Below are positions 37,108 through 48,173 of a stretch of DNA of 64,000 bases, piece by piece. A program made the translations under genes and the position numbers. The notes under the pieces are model-generated. The model searched no databases, had not been told where the DNA came from, and saw nothing but the letters and a program-made list of their open reading frames with translations. Each line of letters starts with the position of its first letter. Position 1 is the first letter of the stretch. Source of the DNA: Candidatus Hydrogenedentota bacterium (GTDB lineage: Bacteria; Hydrogenedentota; Hydrogenedentia; Hydrogenedentales; SLHB01); NCBI GenBank assembly GCA_963668025.2, contig CAXXTH010000017.1:1280001-1344000 (forward strand), read 5' to 3'.

Positions 37108-37842
37108 TTACGCGTCCAGGATGTATGCTTCAAGGCCGCTGACCACCCATAACAGTTGTCCTGATTCCGCGACCCAGTACTCGATGGGTAGCACGCCTTC
37201 ACCGAGTTGTTGATAAATGATCACGCGAACCGGACCGGCGGGCAAGGAGATCGTGGCCGTCTCTCGCTTGCAGAATTTTTGATTGGGGCGGATTTGATCG
37301 CAATGATCAATCAGTAGGAATGAAACTGGCGTATCTCCCGTGGAGGGGAACCGTTGGACGGCGTCAAAAAGAGTCCAACTGCATGTGTAATCGCCCGATA
37401 TAGGAGTCCGGCGTTTGCGCCCCTCTTGATCGGCAAATACGATTTCATTTTTTCGCGCATGCGCGGATTTCCTGAGGTTGGAATGGGCAACTGGCTCGCC
37501 TTCCGGCGTAAAAAACGTGGAAGCGTATTTCCAGTGGATTGGCCGAGACAGCATATCGTCTTCACAGGCAAAATGGGCCTCTATGACTTGTGAGAAGCCG
37601 GCGGTCAAGCGGCGGGTATGACTCAGGTTTATGGACATGCCGCCGCTTTCGTTTGGGGTCCGCACCAGCGTGACGCGGCCCACGCGATTCTGGACGTTCC
37701 CGGCGGTCATGCAGATGTGATAATTGGCGGTCCATTGGCCTTGCATATCTAAAGTCGTGGATGGACCGGCGAAGTCTTTCAGCAGGTGCATAATCGAATG
37801 CGTCGAATAATGATCAGACAACGAAGTTACATCGGCCGTCAT
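37108..37842 (-). CDS. Hypothetical beta-rich protein
   Basis: Open frame within the operon; GAGGAG RBS before ATG 37842. Confidence 0.65.
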   Translation of the reverse strand: MTADVTSLSDHYSTHSIMHLLKDFAGPSTTLDMQGQWTANYHICMTAGNVQNRVGRVTLVRTPNESGGMSINLSHTRRLTAGFSQVIEAHFACEDDMLSRPIHWKYASTFFTPEGEPVAHSNLRKSAHARKNEIVFADQEGRKRRTPISGDYTCSWTLFDAVQRFPSTGDTPVSFLLIDHCDQIRPNQKFCKRETATISLPAGPVRVIIYQQLGEGVLPIEYWVAESGQLLWVVSGLEAYILDA

Positions 37843-37906
37843 GGCGTCGTCTCCTCTCTGATTTATTGAATGTATATCCGCACACATCGGCGCGGTATGC
37901 AATGCT

Positions 37907-39730
37907 CTATCTCCAGGTTTTTTGGGCATTCTGCGCAACGGCCATGAGCAGCGCCAGCGCTAAGGGCAGCCAGTTCAATGGGAGTGCTTCGGTATCGGAA
38001 GCATCTGGCGTAAAGAGCCCATCCGTCACGCGGATATAGTTAATGTAGGTTGTTCCGGAGAGGCTGCCGCCGCCCCATAATCTGCCGGGCACAATCCTTA
38101 GTTGAGTCACGATGCCATTCCATTCGGGATTATCCCAGAGGTCAAACACATATTTTTCGTAGTTGCTCGCGTAGGGCGTTAGGGCCAGGTGAATGGATTT
38201 TGTCTCATCCCAGGTGGTGTCGGCAGTGGTGATCCAGTAGAGGTCGAGGCCATTGGCGCTGGAATCGTTCATCAGGCTGATGACGATGCTTCGAACATAT
38301 TTGGTGTCGATATTGAGAGAAGCGGGGCTGGTGAGAGAAGCGGGATTTTGCGTTAATGTGGCGGAGATATGCCCATCCGCTACCGAGACATCCGACATGT
38401 TGGCGGCGGTCCAATTTTCTAAGCTGGCCGCATTAAATTCGTATAGTTTCCATCGGGCGCTTGGCGCTAACACGGAACTGACCTTGGCATCGCTTTCCGT
38501 GCATGCCCAATAATTGGAATCGCCTTCCGAATCGAAGGTGTAGAGGCATTCCCCTTGAATTCCATAATTGTTGTATAGGTCCGTCCGGACGTTTTTCAGC
38601 ATGTTGGCTGCTTTCGTAGCGGTTGTCCACCATCCTTTATTCGCGCCGAATTCGGTTACATAGAAAGGTTTTTGTGTTTTGTCGATACTGCTCCATTCCA
38701 TGGTGGCGAGTGCACTGCCCGCGCTCCAGCTATTATTATCAGGATAGAAGTGTATGTCGATGTATGAAATGTCTGGGATGGAAGGGAAGTCCGAAATTCG
38801 TGCAGGCCAGCGGTGGTCGGCCGTGTTGATGGGCAGCAGTCCGTTGAAGCTGGAGTGGCCGACGGCCTGGTTGGTGAACACGCTGCATGTGCATAAAGCG
38901 TCTGGGATGATCTGGCGGATCTGCCGGGCGCTATCGATGATGAACTGGCTCAAACCGATGTCATGGCAGGATTGGCGGCTTTCCGCGCTGCCCATGTCGA
39001 AGGCCCCATCGGCGGTCTGGATGATGCCGGAGGAAAGGCTAAAGGGCTTGGCGTCCGTCATTGAACAGATCTCGTTCCAGATCTCGAAGGATAGAACAGT
39101 GTTCGTGAGTTCGCCGCTATCGGCGGAAGCGATCTCTTGCGCGAATTGCCCCCAATAGGTGGCCACCGCTTGACGGGTGCCTGGGCTGTAGAAATAAGAG
39201 TTCCATCCCGTCACATCCGGCAATTGGCCTTTTTGGGCGATGGAAACATAATAGGTGTTGATGGGGAAGAAGATGCTGGAGATCATGACATATATGTGGT
39301 GGTTGGTGGCGCGGCGCAGGAAATCGAATAGGTTCGCCATGTATGCGGGATACAATTCAATCTGGTTGCGGCCTGACGGCCCAGCTATCGAGTAGTTGCT
39401 GGCCCTCGATGTGCAGTCTATCCATACGCGGACGACGGTATAGCCCTGCTCTTCCATCCATGCGAGCGCCGTTTCCGCTTCCTCGGAATCGTAAACGTTC
39501 TCGTTGAACTGGCACTGGACCCAACTCGCGTCCACGCGCTGAAAGACATTGCCTTCCGGATAGAAGGGCTTGCCAGTATCCGCATAATAAAACGAGCCAT
39601 ATGTTTCGCCGCTTCGGCAGGCGATCTTCGGGAGTTCCGCAAACGCGGGAGCGCATAAGAAAAGCATCACGATGGTGAACGTAAGTACGCACCCATAAGT
39701 GAAGAGGTTCCATTTGCTCGATAAGGCCAT
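37907..39730 (-). CDS. Secreted clan GH-A (GH5-like) glycoside hydrolase with C-terminal beta-domain and hydrophobic tail
   Basis: Signal peptide, VVRVWI, FEIWNE (acid/base), IDIHFYP and YVTEFG (nucleophile). Confidence 0.8.
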   Translation of the reverse strand: MALSSKWNLFTYGCVLTFTIVMLFLCAPAFAELPKIACRSGETYGSFYYADTGKPFYPEGNVFQRVDASWVQCQFNENVYDSEEAETALAWMEEQGYTVVRVWIDCTSRASNYSIAGPSGRNQIELYPAYMANLFDFLRRATNHHIYVMISSIFFPINTYYVSIAQKGQLPDVTGWNSYFYSPGTRQAVATYWGQFAQEIASADSGELTNTVLSFEIWNEICSMTDAKPFSLSSGIIQTADGAFDMGSAESRQSCHDIGLSQFIIDSARQIRQIIPDALCTCSVFTNQAVGHSSFNGLLPINTADHRWPARISDFPSIPDISYIDIHFYPDNNSWSAGSALATMEWSSIDKTQKPFYVTEFGANKGWWTTATKAANMLKNVRTDLYNNYGIQGECLYTFDSEGDSNYWACTESDAKVSSVLAPSARWKLYEFNAASLENWTAANMSDVSVADGHISATLTQNPASLTSPASLNIDTKYVRSIVISLMNDSSANGLDLYWITTADTTWDETKSIHLALTPYASNYEKYVFDLWDNPEWNGIVTQLRIVPGRLWGGGSLSGTTYINYIRVTDGLFTPDASDTEALPLNWLPLALALLMAVAQNAQKTWR

Positions 39731-39866
39731 TTTTCATTCTCCTATGGGAAAAGATAGCGTTTATTTTTGGCAGAATTTACAAGCTGAACAAGATTGGACA
39801 AGAGCACCTGCAAGCCGGTATGCCGCTGGCCAAGACAATGCCTGGGCTTGGTTATGTGCTGTCATG

Positions 39867-41591
39867 TTATTCCATTTCTTTCGCTGGCGCGGCTGCGGGA
39901 CGCTCGTTCACTTGAACCTCGATTCTGTCGGGCGTATCGGTTTTGCGGAATTCCACGATATTGTTTTTGAACCGGAACCGGGCCACATCGGGCGGGCCGA
40001 GGAAAGGCTCCAAGGCGGATTTGAGTTCAGGCGCTTTGAAATCATCGATGATGACCCATGCGCCCGGAAGCGGACCTTTTGCGTGGGCGTCGTAAAGCCG
40101 CCGGGCGATGATGCATGTCGCCCCTGAAGCGGTGCGTTCCGCAATGGCGTCAAATGCGCCTGCGCTGAGTGCGTGGCCGCATACCACCATGCATTCGATG
40201 TTTCGCAGGGATTCGGCTCCCACTTCATGGTCAAACACGGCGACGCTGTCAATCGGCACGAAGAAGTCTTCCACCTGTTTCGGATAGATAAACGGATTAC
40301 CGGTGCTAATGGCGCCAGGCCGCGCGACGCCATGGGTTAAGATAGGCCACACATACAGCCACTCGGATGCAGGCTCGTCGAGGGGCATCTCGCGGTTCCC
40401 CAGCAGCCGGTTGCGGGCTTCCGATTCGCCATGGCCGGACCCCGCCGAGAACTGTCCCCATCCGCCATCGGGCAAGCGGATGATGGCGACCCGGGGATCG
40501 TAATCTTGCCAGCGAATGGTGCGGGGATGTGAGGGGGCATATTCTTTTGTAAACTCACGGAACACCTGCCCGTAATTGGTTAACACGTAGTTTTGCGGAT
40601 CACTCCACGCGATGAGCGAACCTTTTGGCGTGGAGAGGGGGTGCCGCGGTCCAGGGCTGTCGTAGTCCAGATTTTCGACATAGATCGTTTCCGCCCCCAG
40701 CCAGTAGGACATCAACATCGCCGAGCGCAATGCCTCCGGCGAATGGCCGGGGTATATGCCCGCATTCCATAGATCCGGGGAGCACCAGAATCCGCCGCAG
40801 TCTTGCTTGTATTGAATCGCCGCGCCCAGCGCGATGGACATGACCGCCGAGCTGAGATGCTCTTTCAGCAATTTAGGCCCGATGATCCATCCGGCGCGCG
40901 CGAAGATGTGGAACAGATCCGGCCAGACTTGCTCGGTTTGGGGAAGCACTTTTCCTTGGTAGTGCTCACGAACCAATCGAGCCGATTCCACAAGGCGCTT
41001 GTAAGCCTCCGGGAGGGGCATGCCGTGGGTGTTCACCCAGTAGGGCTTGTCGAAATCATTTTTAGGCGAGTTGGCGAATTTGTTGTTGGAGAGGATCATA
41101 TGCTCAATTTCGTCATAGGTAATAGATGCTAACGCGGGCGGCCCTGCTTTTTCGGGGGGCAGCACGGGATTCAGCCATTCCATGCGAAGATCCCAATGGT
41201 GTGTTCCATCTGGATGGTCAAACTCATTCACGCCCGGCGTGATTTCTATCGAAGAGATAAAATTGGAACCTTCTACATCCAGCAGGTAGTTCAGGCCATG
41301 CGCACGCATGGCCGCATCGATTTCTTGGATGCGTTTCGCAGTTTCTTCGGAATTGTGTTCTCCCTTGTCCGTGACGCAAGGCAGATGCAGGCATACAAGC
41401 TGGGCGCCAAGCTCGTCTAGGGCTTGATAAAACGGGGGATGGGTCCAAAAGGCTGGCACTTCCAGGGAGGAGCCTGCAAGCGCAATTCCAAGGCGGACGG
41501 GAACGGGCGTGGGGGATGATTCACCGTATGCGGTACGGGGTAGCGCCATACATCCTAGCGCCAATACAGCCAGCATAAAAATGATTCGCAT
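39867..41591 (-). CDS. Hypothetical secreted protein, possible TIM-barrel glycosidase
   Basis: Signal peptide, 574 aa, located in the glycan operon; no family motif recognised. Confidence 0.6.
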   Translation of the reverse strand: MRIIFMLAVLALGCMALPRTAYGESSPTPVPVRLGIALAGSSLEVPAFWTHPPFYQALDELGAQLVCLHLPCVTDKGEHNSEETAKRIQEIDAAMRAHGLNYLLDVEGSNFISSIEITPGVNEFDHPDGTHHWDLRMEWLNPVLPPEKAGPPALASITYDEIEHMILSNNKFANSPKNDFDKPYWVNTHGMPLPEAYKRLVESARLVREHYQGKVLPQTEQVWPDLFHIFARAGWIIGPKLLKEHLSSAVMSIALGAAIQYKQDCGGFWCSPDLWNAGIYPGHSPEALRSAMLMSYWLGAETIYVENLDYDSPGPRHPLSTPKGSLIAWSDPQNYVLTNYGQVFREFTKEYAPSHPRTIRWQDYDPRVAIIRLPDGGWGQFSAGSGHGESEARNRLLGNREMPLDEPASEWLYVWPILTHGVARPGAISTGNPFIYPKQVEDFFVPIDSVAVFDHEVGAESLRNIECMVVCGHALSAGAFDAIAERTASGATCIIARRLYDAHAKGPLPGAWVIIDDFKAPELKSALEPFLGPPDVARFRFKNNIVEFRKTDTPDRIEVQVNERPAAAPAKEME

Positions 41592-41605
41592 GGGGCGTAT
41601 CTCCG

Positions 41606-43180
41606 TTAGTGGGCTGAAGTGTCTGTATCTGTCCTGAAAGGCAGTGCGGGAAGGCCTTCCTTATTCATGAGATTGGGTTGCGCAAGTTTATCCCAAGCAA
41701 ACCGGACGGCGACTGGTTTAGAAATGGTGTCACTCCACACGATGACTTTTTCCTTTTCAATCACCGCCTGGGCTGGAACGAACTGCTTGTCCACACCGGC
41801 AATGGTGAACCAATTTAACGGCTGGCCATCCCGTGACGCGAGGCCGCTGCCGGTATGCTCAAACGAGAGTTGAACTTTGTTCTTTTTTATCTTCATGGAT
41901 TTATACATGGGTCCTGAATAGACAATGTCTTTTTTACCATATGTTTTTGCCAGCGCACAGAGAGCGAGGCGTTTGCCGACATCCCGCTTGTTGGCGGGGT
42001 GGACATTGTCGAGTTCGCCGAGATCAAGCGTTCCCGCGATGCCCGTATTGGGGATGGATAAAGCGTCGATTTGCGCTTCCCATATGGTGGGGACATCCTC
42101 GCCGTACAAGGCGCATGGGGTGATTTGTACGTAGTAGAAAGGAAAAGAGCCTTCATCCCATAAGGTCCGCCAGCCGCCGATGAGCGCCTTCATTTTATCG
42201 GTATAATTCAGATCTCCCACATTGGATTCCCCCTGGTACCAAATCGCCCCACGAATGGCGTACGGGACGAGCGGCTGGATCATGGCGTTGTATAAACACG
42301 TCATGGCGGTGGGGGGGAATGCTGTAAAGGCCTCCGTATCTAGAGGATGCCGCGGCCATTGGGGGCGAGGCGGTATAGGGGCCCCGCTTTGGATGGCGCT
42401 TTTGCAGGCGTTTACCCAGGTTTCAATCTCATCCAGTTTAGGCGTCAACTCATTGCGGTATTGGCTGGCGGTCTTATCGAGCGATTCCGTGAGCTCTTTC
42501 AATTCAGGGACTTGGGCGAATCCCACGGGAGGGGTCCAGGTCTCGATGCGGGTGCCTCCCCAGGCGGATTGAATCAAGCCCACGGGGGTGTTCAGTTCGC
42601 GATGAAGCTTTTCTCCAAAGTAATACGCCGCGCCAGAAAAGCTGCTCCAATCTCCGATTCCCAGCGTTTCGGGGCTGCACACCATCCATTCGCCGGTGCA
42701 ATCATACTGCGGCTCCCCGTTCGCGGTGAGCTTTGCTTTGAATAGCCTAAGGCTGGGATAATCGGCCTTGGCGATATCTTCTTTCGCGTTACCGCACGTT
42801 GCAATGCCCATTTGCATATTGGATTGGCCGGAACAGAGCCAAACTTCTCCTACGAGCACATTGTCGAAAACGATAGTATTATTGCCAGCCACTTCGAGCG
42901 TGGATGGCGTGTCCGCCGCTGCCTGGGGAGGCAGTTTAGCCATCCATTCCCCTTTTGCATTCGCGGTTGTTTTCATTTTGGCATCGCCGAATGTGATGGT
43001 GATTTCTTCACCCGGAGACGCCCAGCCCCACACTGGCGCGGGGACGCCGCATTGCAGCACCATGTTGCTTCCGAAGATATGAGGCAGCCGGACATCAGCA
43101 ACTGCATGATAAGTGGTTAATGCGGGCAGGAGCATGCACAGCAGCATACGGAACAGAGAGCTGTTGGCTTGGCGAGGCAT
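41606..43180 (-). CDS. Sialate O-acetylesterase family (SGNH) protein
   Basis: GEVWLCSGQSNM, WGGT, WYQGESN, DNVHPANK, LPALPFRTD. Confidence 0.92.
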   Translation of the reverse strand: MPRQANSSLFRMLLCMLLPALTTYHAVADVRLPHIFGSNMVLQCGVPAPVWGWASPGEEITITFGDAKMKTTANAKGEWMAKLPPQAAADTPSTLEVAGNNTIVFDNVLVGEVWLCSGQSNMQMGIATCGNAKEDIAKADYPSLRLFKAKLTANGEPQYDCTGEWMVCSPETLGIGDWSSFSGAAYYFGEKLHRELNTPVGLIQSAWGGTRIETWTPPVGFAQVPELKELTESLDKTASQYRNELTPKLDEIETWVNACKSAIQSGAPIPPRPQWPRHPLDTEAFTAFPPTAMTCLYNAMIQPLVPYAIRGAIWYQGESNVGDLNYTDKMKALIGGWRTLWDEGSFPFYYVQITPCALYGEDVPTIWEAQIDALSIPNTGIAGTLDLGELDNVHPANKRDVGKRLALCALAKTYGKKDIVYSGPMYKSMKIKKNKVQLSFEHTGSGLASRDGQPLNWFTIAGVDKQFVPAQAVIEKEKVIVWSDTISKPVAVRFAWDKLAQPNLMNKEGLPALPFRTDTDTSAH

Positions 43181-43226
43181 GGCGCGTTCTCCTTTGTTGT
43201 CGCATATGGCCTTATGAAAGTGTATG

Positions 43227-44612
43227 TCAAGATGGGGCCAGCGTATTGGTTGCTGGGCTCCAAGACCATGACGTTGTTTCGGATGATTGTGAACCGCGAA
43301 GATGGTTTACGAGCTGAATGGTCGCTTCCACCATGCATTGCCCGCTTCGAGGGTCAAAAATGGAACTGCATGCTTCATAACTATTGCGCCGGACGGCGTC
43401 TTCAGTCACGATGTAGCCCTGGAATTCGCCATTTGCCATAGAGATGACAAACACATCCTCATGCGCCTTTTTCACCTGAAGCGCGTATTCGACAAATACC
43501 TCGCCCGGCCATGCGACAAAAATCCACGGCCCTAGTTTCATTGCTTGCACTTCGCAGGGTAGGGTTGACTTGTAAACGGACTCTACACGGCCGTCCTGTG
43601 CTGCTTGGGCGAGTGTCAGGGTCTCCTCCGTGCCGAACCAGTCGCATTCCGCCGTGCGGACGTCTTCGGGACGGCTGCCATTTTGCCTGAGCCGTTCGAG
43701 CTTCTCTTTTGCTTGTTGCACCCTTTCGGACGCCTCCGCCACCGTCGGCAAATCTCTGCGGATGAGGTCGATATAGGCTTGCGAAAAGGTGATGGATATA
43801 TCATTAACATACTGAATGGAGGGAATGGCGGCTCGAATGGCATGGCCAACCTCGCGCCCGAGTTTCCGGGCCGCCACGAAATCGTTGGAGCGGATCAAAT
43901 AGCGCGGGCTCTGATTTCCCGCTGGGCCCGTATGATACAGAATAGGACAATCCTCACCTAATACGGTATCATGCAAATACTGGCGGGCCATTCCTGGGAA
44001 ATCGGCGCTTATCAGAGTGGAGTCTTCATGCAATGCCGTGGGATGAAGCGAATAGGCCGCCATGCAGGCGATGAAACCGCCGCTTTGGACCTCTCGCGCA
44101 ACCAATACCGGGATAGCCGGATCGCTGGGGCCAGTGGGATTATGCCGGTTCGTTTGGCTATGCGGAGCGGCAGCCACGGTTAATCCGATCTCGGCTGGCC
44201 GGGCGGACGCCTGCGCCTTTACCGCGCATTCAACCACCTGGTCTTCAAAGAATTTAAGATATTCCACATCGGCTGGCGGGACCACCGGGTCCGTGGAACA
44301 GCTTATTACATCGACGGTCACGGGGCCGGAATGCGTATGCGTCGCCGATATCATGATATGGGAGCCAGGTATTCCTGTCTTCGCGGTTATCCGGGCGCGT
44401 ATGCGGGCGCAGATTTCTTTTGAAACATAAATCAGATCATTCGCGATGATGACGGCTTCATTCCCGCCATCACACAAATATAGGGAAGCGGATAATAGGG
44501 GATCATGGATCCCTGTGCTGTATCTTGGCTCGTGCGGATAACCATACAGAAATTGGGAATCTCGTGGAGATATGTCAATAGACGCTGCTCCAGCTAAGAG
44601 GTTTGCTGCCAT
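43227..44612 (-). CDS. Neutral/alkaline ceramidase-like amidohydrolase
   Basis: GIHDPL, SATHTHSGP, HPT, ISADFPG, PGEVF, ANG..GY and YE motifs. Confidence 0.8.
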   Translation of the reverse strand: MAANLLAGAASIDISPRDSQFLYGYPHEPRYSTGIHDPLLSASLYLCDGGNEAVIIANDLIYVSKEICARIRARITAKTGIPGSHIMISATHTHSGPVTVDVISCSTDPVVPPADVEYLKFFEDQVVECAVKAQASARPAEIGLTVAAAPHSQTNRHNPTGPSDPAIPVLVAREVQSGGFIACMAAYSLHPTALHEDSTLISADFPGMARQYLHDTVLGEDCPILYHTGPAGNQSPRYLIRSNDFVAARKLGREVGHAIRAAIPSIQYVNDISITFSQAYIDLIRRDLPTVAEASERVQQAKEKLERLRQNGSRPEDVRTAECDWFGTEETLTLAQAAQDGRVESVYKSTLPCEVQAMKLGPWIFVAWPGEVFVEYALQVKKAHEDVFVISMANGEFQGYIVTEDAVRRNSYEACSSIFDPRSGQCMVEATIQLVNHLRGSQSSETTSWSWSPATNTLAPS

Positions 44613-44949
44613 TACATTCTACTCCTTGGACTTGCGGTTTTCCCTCTCGCCACTACATGAAGCGGGCAAGGACGCTATTGGGGAGGGCTTCAATTTTTTC
44701 GAATATGATGTATTTCGACTCAATATAACAACTGTACACTTAAATTTTCTGTGATTTCAAGTGAAAAAATGAAAGCCTAATGCAGCGCTGCTTTGTGAAT
44801 GCGGAAGGCTCTTTGTTGGCGCTTCCCCGCGCTGGCGGGAAAAGCGGACTCCATTAAAGGGGGATTTGGTCTTTTAAAATAACGCAAACGGATTCATTTC
44901 TGTTGTTTCGGACGAGTGAGAAGCGGCGTGAAAGTCTCACAAAAGGGTC

Positions 44950-44979
44950 TTGACAAATCATGTTAATCTGTGTTATTTT
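44950..44979 (+). promoter_or_regulatory. Sigma70-like promoter of DeoR copy 1
   Basis: TTGACA, 18-bp spacer, TATTTT with an extended TG; same layout as upstream of copy 2. Confidence 0.55.
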
Positions 44980-45015
44980 TAGTTTATATTAAACAAGCGT
45001 GATGGAATTCATGAT

Positions 45016-45846
45016 ATGGCTGATATAAACAGTTCTGAACGCTTAAATCGGATTCGGGCGCTGCTCGGTGGCCGGGAGTCCGTTTCCGTGGGGGAATTGG
45101 CTCAAAGTCTTGATGTGAGCGAGATGACTATCCGCCGGGATGTGGCGGAACTCGAGCGCGCCGGATTCGTGCAGCGCATACACGGAGCGGTCATCGCGAC
45201 GGAGCGGCTTTCGTTCGAGATCAATTTCCATCAACGCCGTATGACCCGGCGCGAGCAGAAGCAGGCTATTGCCGCAACCGCTGCTCGTTTGGTGGAACCC
45301 GGCAGCCGCTTATTTGTGGATGCAGGCTCCACTACGCTTCGGTTCGTGTTCTGTATTAAAGATATCCCCAATCTTGTCGTGGTGACGACTAGCCTTGCGG
45401 TCGCCTCGGCCCTTCAATATACCGAATCCATCGAGACGATTCTGCTGGGGGGCACCTTGCGGCGGGGCCGTCCTGATCTGGGGGGCGGGTTTACGGAAGA
45501 TATGCTGGAGATGTTTTCCGCTGATTTTACGTTTCAAGGCGCCGACGGAATTGATCTGGAAGGATATGTCTACAACTCCAATGTCCAATCCGCGCGTGTA
45601 AGCCAAAAAATGCGCCAGAAAGCGGAGCGCTCCTATATCCTTGCGGATAGTTCCAAGATTGGAAGAACGGACCTGATTCGGTTCGGCAATCTTAAACATG
45701 GCAGCGGGCTTATCACGGATGATGAAATCAAACCCGCGCATCTGATGGCGTTTCGCGATTTTCTGGATATCAATGTGACCATTGCTTCGCCCACGCCTGG
45801 GATAAGCTCCCGGGCGGCGAATGATGACGCTGAAAATGGCCCATGA
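45016..45846 (+). CDS. DeoR/GlpR family transcriptional regulator
   Basis: VSEMTIRRD HTH, DAGSTT, LLGG, ADSSK. Confidence 0.95.
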   Translation: MADINSSERLNRIRALLGGRESVSVGELAQSLDVSEMTIRRDVAELERAGFVQRIHGAVIATERLSFEINFHQRRMTRREQKQAIAATAARLVEPGSRLFVDAGSTTLRFVFCIKDIPNLVVVTTSLAVASALQYTESIETILLGGTLRRGRPDLGGGFTEDMLEMFSADFTFQGADGIDLEGYVYNSNVQSARVSQKMRQKAERSYILADSSKIGRTDLIRFGNLKHGSGLITDDEIKPAHLMAFRDFLDINVTIASPTPGISSRAANDDAENGP

Positions 45847-46084
45847 TCTGAGCCAGCAAGGCCGCGTCAGGAAGAAGCGTATGCCTTCGAGGGGGTAGAG
45901 CGCCCCATTAGGAAAGAAGCAGTTTCCCATTTTATGCAAGCTGGGTGTTGGCTATGCCTTCATAGTGGTTTCGGCACGGGAAGGAATATTACTGATGGCG
46001 ACGGTTCAAGAGAGAATTCGGGCGATCCCCAATCGAGAGCAATTGGACACGTTCTTGCGTCCGATGAGTCTGGCTGAAGCTCCG

Positions 46085-48016
46085 ATGAGGCAGCAAAGAT
46101 GCCATTCTTGCGTTTTGGGGATGGCTTGCCTTTTGTGTTTGGCCATTTCGATGAATGCTCGAGCGGAGGGCCCGAATCCAATCAAGGCCACGCTGGACTG
46201 CGGCCAACAGGCCAGCCATCAAGCCTCCGCGCTGCTTCTTGGGCATAACATCGAGACGGGTCTCGACACGGTGCCTGGGCTGTTATCGGACCGCCTCGAT
46301 AACCCTAAGTTTCTTGGGCCTGCGGATAGCATAACTGGAATTGCGCCTGGCTGGCGGCACAACAGCGATAACATGAACGAAGTCCGTTGTGAGTTGACTC
46401 CTGGATCGGGCATGTCAGGGAATTCCGCGCAGTTGATTCAAAACTTCAACGCAGAGCAAGCGTTTGGGATTCTCCAGAATAACCGGAAGATACGCGCGGG
46501 AGAGACCTACGAGGTCGAGATCTGGGCGCGGGCTTGGAACCATCCCGTAACGTTGTGCGTAGGGCTTCTACCGCCAGCCGCTACGCTTCCCCCGTATTCC
46601 GAAGCCCAGGTGGAAGTAGATGCATCATACTTTAAACAGTATCAGGTGTCGCTAACTTCTCCCGTGGACACGGATGAGGCTGCTTTTTCTTGCGCGCTCA
46701 AGGGGCAAGGAGCGGTTTGGATTGACCAGATCCACCTGCGTAAATCTGGCGAGGGATTGCTCTGCAAAGAGCTTATCGAAAAATTTGACTCGCTAGATAT
46801 CCCGGTCTTGCGGTTTCCTGGCGGTGTGGTGACAACCGCTTACCGGTGGCGTTTCGGGACAGGGCCCGTCGAGCTGCGGCCTTCCATGCCGGATCCGGTC
46901 TGTAAAAAACAAATGGATTATGACTTTGGAACGGATGAATTTCTGGAACTCTGCCACCAGCAAAACATTTTGCCATACATTACCGTGAACGTGGGCTTTG
47001 GAACGCCTCAAGAAGCCGGAGAGTGGGCAGCCTACTGTACGGAATGGTATACAAAGCGAAACGCCCCGGTTCCCACGATCTATTTTCAAATCGCAAACCA
47101 CCCCTATCTTACGGTCGAATTCACCAATATGACGCCGGACATGTATGTGCAGACTTTGCGGGTATATGCCGCCGAGATACGGAAAAACTGCCCCACGGCG
47201 CGCATCGTCGCGGTGACTGATCCTGCGAAAACAGAATGGCACAAGGCCGTGCTTGCCGCAGCGGCGGATGCCTATGATGTGCTGGCGCTCCAAGGGTACT
47301 CCTGCCAGCCTACGCAGCTCGCGTACAAGATCTCCAACGTACCAAGTACGATGTCCGACGAAACCAGCATGGAAAATGTGGCCCAGGGTGTGGATGCGTT
47401 GAGCGGCATTCTCGCGGGCGCAATCGAGGACTGCAAACAGCAGCGGCCCTCGACTCGAGTCGGGTTGGTGGAGTGGAATCTGTGGGCGGTTGCCTCCCAT
47501 CGGGATGGCAAGAACTTCACTGAGCCATACGATGTGCAGCATGGCCTCTTCGTGGGCTCGATGATTCACGAGTTTGTTCGTCTTGCGCCCGAACTGGAGC
47601 TTGCGAATTTCTATTCGCTGCTCAATCCCATGGGCATGTTTATCCACCGGGGGCCTGAAGTAATCGAGACGTGCCTGGCCGAAGTCTTTAGGGCCTACCG
47701 GCCAGCTTTTCCGGGAGATGTCTTGCCGGTGCGGTTGGAATCGCCTCAGATGGGGAAATCCCTGGTGCTCGATAGTGTGCTTCTTGAAAATGCTGGCGGC
47801 ATGTGGCTCTTCGTTGTGAACCGGCATGCTTCGTCCCCAGTGGAACTCGATGTGACGGGCCTTGCGCTAGCCGGTGCGGAGGTTTACTCATTGGTTGGGC
47901 AAAGTGCGGAAGGGGAATTTGAGCGCGTCGAGGCGGCTGGCGCAGGGAATCAACTCATTTTGCCTCCGCTATCCATCACGAGGGTGCATGTTCCCGCTTC
48001 AAATAGCGGCATGTAA
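46085..48016 (+). CDS. GH51 alpha-L-arabinofuranosidase-like protein with CBM-like insert
   Basis: LRFPGG, FGTDEFL, YITVNVG.GTPQEA.EW..Y, VEWNLW and LPPLSIT. Acid/base position reads ANH instead of GNE. Start uncertain (45965-46121). Confidence 0.8.
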   Translation: MRQQRCHSCVLGMACLLCLAISMNARAEGPNPIKATLDCGQQASHQASALLLGHNIETGLDTVPGLLSDRLDNPKFLGPADSITGIAPGWRHNSDNMNEVRCELTPGSGMSGNSAQLIQNFNAEQAFGILQNNRKIRAGETYEVEIWARAWNHPVTLCVGLLPPAATLPPYSEAQVEVDASYFKQYQVSLTSPVDTDEAAFSCALKGQGAVWIDQIHLRKSGEGLLCKELIEKFDSLDIPVLRFPGGVVTTAYRWRFGTGPVELRPSMPDPVCKKQMDYDFGTDEFLELCHQQNILPYITVNVGFGTPQEAGEWAAYCTEWYTKRNAPVPTIYFQIANHPYLTVEFTNMTPDMYVQTLRVYAAEIRKNCPTARIVAVTDPAKTEWHKAVLAAAADAYDVLALQGYSCQPTQLAYKISNVPSTMSDETSMENVAQGVDALSGILAGAIEDCKQQRPSTRVGLVEWNLWAVASHRDGKNFTEPYDVQHGLFVGSMIHEFVRLAPELELANFYSLLNPMGMFIHRGPEVIETCLAEVFRAYRPAFPGDVLPVRLESPQMGKSLVLDSVLLENAGGMWLFVVNRHASSPVELDVTGLALAGAEVYSLVGQSAEGEFERVEAAGAGNQLILPPLSITRVHVPASNSGM

Positions 48017-48173
48017 GTTGAAACGGTCTTGAGATTGCGGAGGTGATGCAAAGGGATGAGCGCGGCTTCACACGGGGAGGAAGGTAAAAATCCATTTTTT
48101 TAGGCATTTACGGCAGTTTGTTTGGATAAATTTAGAATCATACAGAAACCATACAACGATGGAGGAAGGTACT

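Noticed and set aside
44956-44979. Shared TGTG motif upstream of both DeoR genes as an operator
   Set aside because: The same TGTGG-TAA occurs in the tRNA promoter, so an extended -10 explains it.
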